A stretch of DNA of 64,000 nucleotides from Candidatus Bathyarchaeota archaeon (GTDB lineage: Archaea; Thermoproteota; Bathyarchaeia; Bathyarchaeales; Bathycorpusculaceae): assembly GCA_963707955.1 (NCBI GenBank), contig OY970176.1, positions 224,001 to 288,000 of the forward strand, given 5' to 3'. This document shows positions 60,692 through 64,000 of this stretch, in pieces (position 1 is the first letter of the stretch; each line of letters opens with the position of its first letter). Under the pieces are notes generated by a model. That model saw only the letters and a list, made by a program, of their open reading frames with translations, made no database searches and was not told where the DNA came from. A program made the translations under genes and the position numbers.

Positions 60692-62131
60692 TTAGACTTT
60701 GATGCTGCTTCTGAGGGCTTTGGGCCTGCGGTAGTAGCTTATGACGGTTCCTGCGACTGTGCGTTCGTCGTATTTCTGAGCGCCCAGCATACCCATCTGC
60801 TTGATTTCCTCGTCTGTCGACGCGGTGAAAACGTCGTAGTCTTCGGGCCTTGTCAGCTTGATTCTTCTCACGTATTTCATCGTGCTGTTGATGTTTCGGT
60901 GTCTCAGTTTCTCTTTGACGATGAGCATGTTGCCGTTGAAAAGCCAGGCTAACTGTGTTCCAGCCCAATGTCGGAAGCTGACGAAGCTTACTTTGAGGAG
61001 CCTTGGGTTCTGAGTGCGCGCTGCTGCTCTTCTTCTCAGTTTAATGTAGATGCTCTGCATGTTGCGGTACGTTGTGGGGAAAACTTTGGTACTCGTCTTC
61101 GGAAGCGCGTCCAGCATGTTTAACAGTTTCGGGCTGACCTCAAACTCTCCTGCCAAGTGGTCTTTGACCGGATGGTTTATGGCTATGACGCCTCGTTTGG
61201 TGTCGACGTCTTCCCAGCCGATTCTGAGGACCTCCTCTGGATCTGCGAAGGTTTCTTTCAAGCTTTGCAGGTAGGCTCTGAGCCGCGCACTCGTCGTTGC
61301 CGATATCAACGTGTCAAGTTCGTCTTCTTGCGGCAGGAAGAAAATGAAGTCTTCTTGCCTGTACGAGGGCATAGTCCAGCTGAGACCCGCCATCCGCGTA
61401 AAAGCGTCGTAAGCGTACGCAGCCTGCATTTTGGTTCCGTCTTTCCACTTTTTCTTTGAGATTATGGCCTTGACCTTGTCCGGGTTGTAGATGTCGCAGC
61501 CTTCCGAGTTGAGCAGCATGCGTATGCACGTGGTATACTTGCAGTTGGCGCCGTAGCCTTCCTTGTCCAGGTAAAGAGCGTACTGCAGGAGAAGGCCCTT
61601 CTTGGCTTTCGCGTCTAACGTGCCCAGGTGTGCCTTGACTTCTTCTCTATCTCCACCAACAGTCTTCGTTTCTGTTGGAGTGCTCAAGTTTTTCGCCTCG
61701 ATTTCCTCGGCGCATACTCGGCCACTCAGATCTATAGTGCTCGTGCTTCTTAAGCTCAATCTCTCAAGGTTCTCAACATTCTCAACTGCTTGAGACGACG
61801 AATATTCAACCTTGGAAGGCTCAGAAAAGCGGTATCCGCAGAGTTTGCAGTAATATCGTTGAACCTGCTGCTTGACGCCTTCCCTGGACACGAAGCGGAA
61901 TCCGCTGTGAATGATTGCCTGGGACCCACATTCCGGACACCTGAGGGGCTGGTTTGGGAGCTGCTGCGGCTGGATCTCCTGGTCAAGACCCAACTTCCCA
62001 TTGGTTCGTCGCTTTGCCGAGGTGTAAGGTGAAAGTGAAAGAACAGCTTTTCCCCCAGCCCCGTTTTCATTCGTGTTCGTCGTCGTCATCGTCAGCCCTT
62101 CTAGGTCGAGCTCCTCGCGAGACAATACCAC
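60692..62131 (-). CDS. Tyrosine recombinase/integrase with N-terminal zinc ribbon
   Basis: CPECGS..QRYYCKLCGYRFS; SFRHW, LRHRNINSTMKY (His and Tyr); first catalytic box reads ETFADPEE. Confidence 0.85.
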   Translation of the reverse strand: MVLSREELDLEGLTMTTTNTNENGAGGKAVLSLSPYTSAKRRTNGKLGLDQEIQPQQLPNQPLRCPECGSQAIIHSGFRFVSREGVKQQVQRYYCKLCGYRFSEPSKVEYSSSQAVENVENLERLSLRSTSTIDLSGRVCAEEIEAKNLSTPTETKTVGGDREEVKAHLGTLDAKAKKGLLLQYALYLDKEGYGANCKYTTCIRMLLNSEGCDIYNPDKVKAIISKKKWKDGTKMQAAYAYDAFTRMAGLSWTMPSYRQEDFIFFLPQEDELDTLISATTSARLRAYLQSLKETFADPEEVLRIGWEDVDTKRGVIAINHPVKDHLAGEFEVSPKLLNMLDALPKTSTKVFPTTYRNMQSIYIKLRRRAAARTQNPRLLKVSFVSFRHWAGTQLAWLFNGNMLIVKEKLRHRNINSTMKYVRRIKLTRPEDYDVFTASTDEEIKQMGMLGAQKYDERTVAGTVISYYRRPKALRSSIKV

Positions 62132-62406
62132 TCTTTGATGAGGGTCCAGCGGTCGCCACCGAATTCGTGCATAAGCAGGTTTCCTACTCCTCGATGCCAG
62201 CTAACTTCAGCGCTTACGAGGATGCCGACGACCTGGCCTGCCGGAGTTTCCACGATGCAATGATAATTCAGGAAGCGCCTCAGCATCGTCTGCGCCTCTG
62301 ATGGGCTAGCCACTTTTTCCCCTCGGTTTTGAGAATGAAATCTTGGCAGTAAGGGGCCCGCGACAAGCATCCACCGGCCATGCATGCTAACGCTCGCTTC
62401 AAGCAT
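62101..62406 (-). CDS. Hypothetical protein of the integrated element
   Basis: Short ORF overlapping both neighbours, same strand. Confidence 0.4.
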   Translation of the reverse strand: MLEASVSMHGRWMLVAGPLLPRFHSQNRGEKVASPSEAQTMLRRFLNYHCIVETPAGQVVGILVSAEVSWHRGVGNLLMHEFGGDRWTLIKEWYCLARSST

Positions 62407-64000
62407 GCTGCTGCTCTCCTGCGATTAGCTTCTCAAGTTTGAGGCCGCAGTCTGAGCAGAGGAGTCCCCAGGATCCGTCGTGCTCTGTTACTTGCCACTC
62501 CATGTGAACCCTGCGACCGCAGGCCTGGCAGTTGTTCTCTCCAAAATCGCTCATCAGCCGTCCAAGCTTCTGCGTCTTAGAAGCTAGGTCCTGAAGTATT
62601 TGTGGAGAATGCAGATTTTGCACGCTTTTCTGATTATCTGTTTTTTCCTGCACGCTTTCAGCCGAGGGGCCTTCGTTTGGGCTTAGAACATTAACCGAGG
62701 AATCCTGATTTTCGTCTGAGAAGTGCCTAGTGTATATGGCTTCAGGCGTCGTCTCAGCATCATCGACCAAGTTTTCTCTGAGTAAAATTTTGTTTTCCTC
62801 GATTATCGATTGGGCCTCATTTAGCCAAGCTTTGAACGATTCGAGGCTGAAAAAAACAGATAAATCGTTTTGCGTGCATTCTCCGTTTTTTTCCTGAATC
62901 ACTTCAAGCAGGTTCTCCCGCTTGTCCGCTGGGTTAGGAATCTTCGACATGTAGCCGATCAAGCATAGAAAGTCAACCCAGTTGCGGATCGTGTCGCTGC
63001 TCTTGCGATCTGGAAACTTCGCGTTCCAAGAGTCAGTCAGGTCCTTGACAGTCAGCAGGGAATCCACCTTCTCCTTGGCCATTGGCTCAACGACTTCATG
63101 GAAGAATCGCAGGTGATGACTGGCAGCGCTTGTCTCCGTTGTCTCCCGGATCTCCTGCCAGAGGGCCAGGGTGTTATCATAATCTGTCTTCGTTGCCAGC
63201 ACATACGCGCGCTGCATGTCCTTCAGCTTCCTGACGAGAATGGGCCTCTGTGCAAGGTGAAACAACGCGCTAACCTGGATCAGGCCCAGCACGTGTTTGA
63301 AGTCTCTCATGGACCTTGGAAACCGTGCAGGAAACGTGTTCGCAAATGCTGCAGCATACGGAACGATGGCCTCGAGCTCCTGCACGTGAGCCTTGAAGTA
63401 TGCGATGTACGCCTCCAACAGAACGTCGTCCTGGTCCTTCTCAAACTTCCAGGGAAAAGCAGCCTTTGACCCCGTTAGTACGTTAGCATCTTTGAATTTG
63501 GCTTCCGTCGTCTCCGGCGTGAACGTGAAGCTCCTCGTAGCCAAGTCCTGGATGAACCTCTCGCTGGTACTGCAGAAAATCGTCGCAGGCCAACCTCGCA
63601 AAACAACATGCGTCGTCCGGAGGGCTCCCTTCTGACCTGTGTCCGTGAACTTGTAGCTGATCTCAAAAACGTCATGGCTTAGGACTGGCCGAAGCTTGTT
63701 GAATGTCTCGATGTTTGGCGCCTCGACGAACACGAGGATCCTGTCTTGGAGGTCGACGACGTAATGTGCGGTCTTGATTTTTTCCTTGAATTCCCGGTAC
63801 GCGTCTTTCTCTTCCTCTGTAGCGTCCTTGTCCGGCTTGGAAACGATTATGATAGGCTCGCCGTCCTCGTCGACGAGCAGGCCTCGATCGTGCACTAGGG
63901 CCGTAGGCGATAGGCCTCCCAAGAACCAGACGTCCTCTTTCGGAAAGTTTGTCAGGCTGTTGACGACAACGTATGTTTTTCCGATGCTGCTTTCACCTCG
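62399..64000 (-). CDS. Mobile-element P-loop ATPase/helicase (AAA+/MCM-like), 5'-truncated by the window
   Basis: Frame open to the window end with Walker A GESSIGKT; ILVFVE Walker B-like; TR and R..RD Arg motifs; C-terminal winged helix and CxxC..CxxC. Confidence 0.75.
   Translation of the reverse strand, partial: RGESSIGKTYVVVNSLTNFPKEDVWFLGGLSPTALVHDRGLLVDEDGEPIIIVSKPDKDATEEEKDAYREFKEKIKTAHYVVDLQDRILVFVEAPNIETFNKLRPVLSHDVFEISYKFTDTGQKGALRTTHVVLRGWPATIFCSTSERFIQDLATRSFTFTPETTEAKFKDANVLTGSKAAFPWKFEKDQDDVLLEAYIAYFKAHVQELEAIVPYAAAFANTFPARFPRSMRDFKHVLGLIQVSALFHLAQRPILVRKLKDMQRAYVLATKTDYDNTLALWQEIRETTETSAASHHLRFFHEVVEPMAKEKVDSLLTVKDLTDSWNAKFPDRKSSDTIRNWVDFLCLIGYMSKIPNPADKRENLLEVIQEKNGECTQNDLSVFFSLESFKAWLNEAQSIIEENKILLRENLVDDAETTPEAIYTRHFSDENQDSSVNVLSPNEGPSAESVQEKTDNQKSVQNLHSPQILQDLASKTQKLGRLMSDFGENNCQACGRRVHMEWQVTEHDGSWGLLCSDCGLKLEKLIAGEQQHA

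Larger units (their letters stand above)
60690..64000 (-). mobile_element. End of an integrated element (provirus or integrative plasmid)
   Basis: Integrase plus replication-type ATPase, tightly packed, next to the core ssb gene. Confidence 0.7.

Noticed and set aside
60676-60692. ccgcggctgggaacca (minus strand) as the att site of the right-hand element
   Set aside because: It ends in ACCA but has no recognisable T-loop and no partner repeat in the window.

Overview
64 kb of an archaeal chromosome. Gene content (EF-1alpha, uS7/uS12, short XPF, single-OB-fold SSB, form III RuBisCO, Dph5, Zn-ribbon tyrosine recombinases, solo Cas1) suggests Bathyarchaeia/TACK; this taxonomic call is an inference. 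The core carries translation genes, peptide and aromatic amino-acid fermentation genes (tyrosine phenol-lyase-like lyase, IorAB, AcdB, M42/M20 peptidases), RuBisCO plus R15P isomerase, an E1a/E1b/E2 2-oxoacid or acetoin dehydrogenase cluster, pyrG and malic enzyme. Three accessory zones stand out. (1) 1-5450: a giant dockerin/Ig-like surface protein with a hydrophobic C-terminal tip after a WWYPWYRLH motif, a tightly linked 4-TM gene, a cas1 relic and an orphan second copy of the pre-tip module with a different tip; this is a candidate archaeal polymorphic toxin or cassette-swapping system. (2) 24385-28206: an island bounded by tRNA-Lys and a degenerate copy of a tRNA 3' end, with small genes separated by paired (CG)n tracts and hairpins. 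(3) 60690-64000: the end of an integrated element with an atypical integrase and an ATPase. A ~170-bp non-coding repeat occurs twice in inverted orientation, and there is a ParB-ASCH fusion. At least six conserved genes show single-base frameshifts, probably sequencing errors. All functional calls come from motif recognition by eye; no searches were run.
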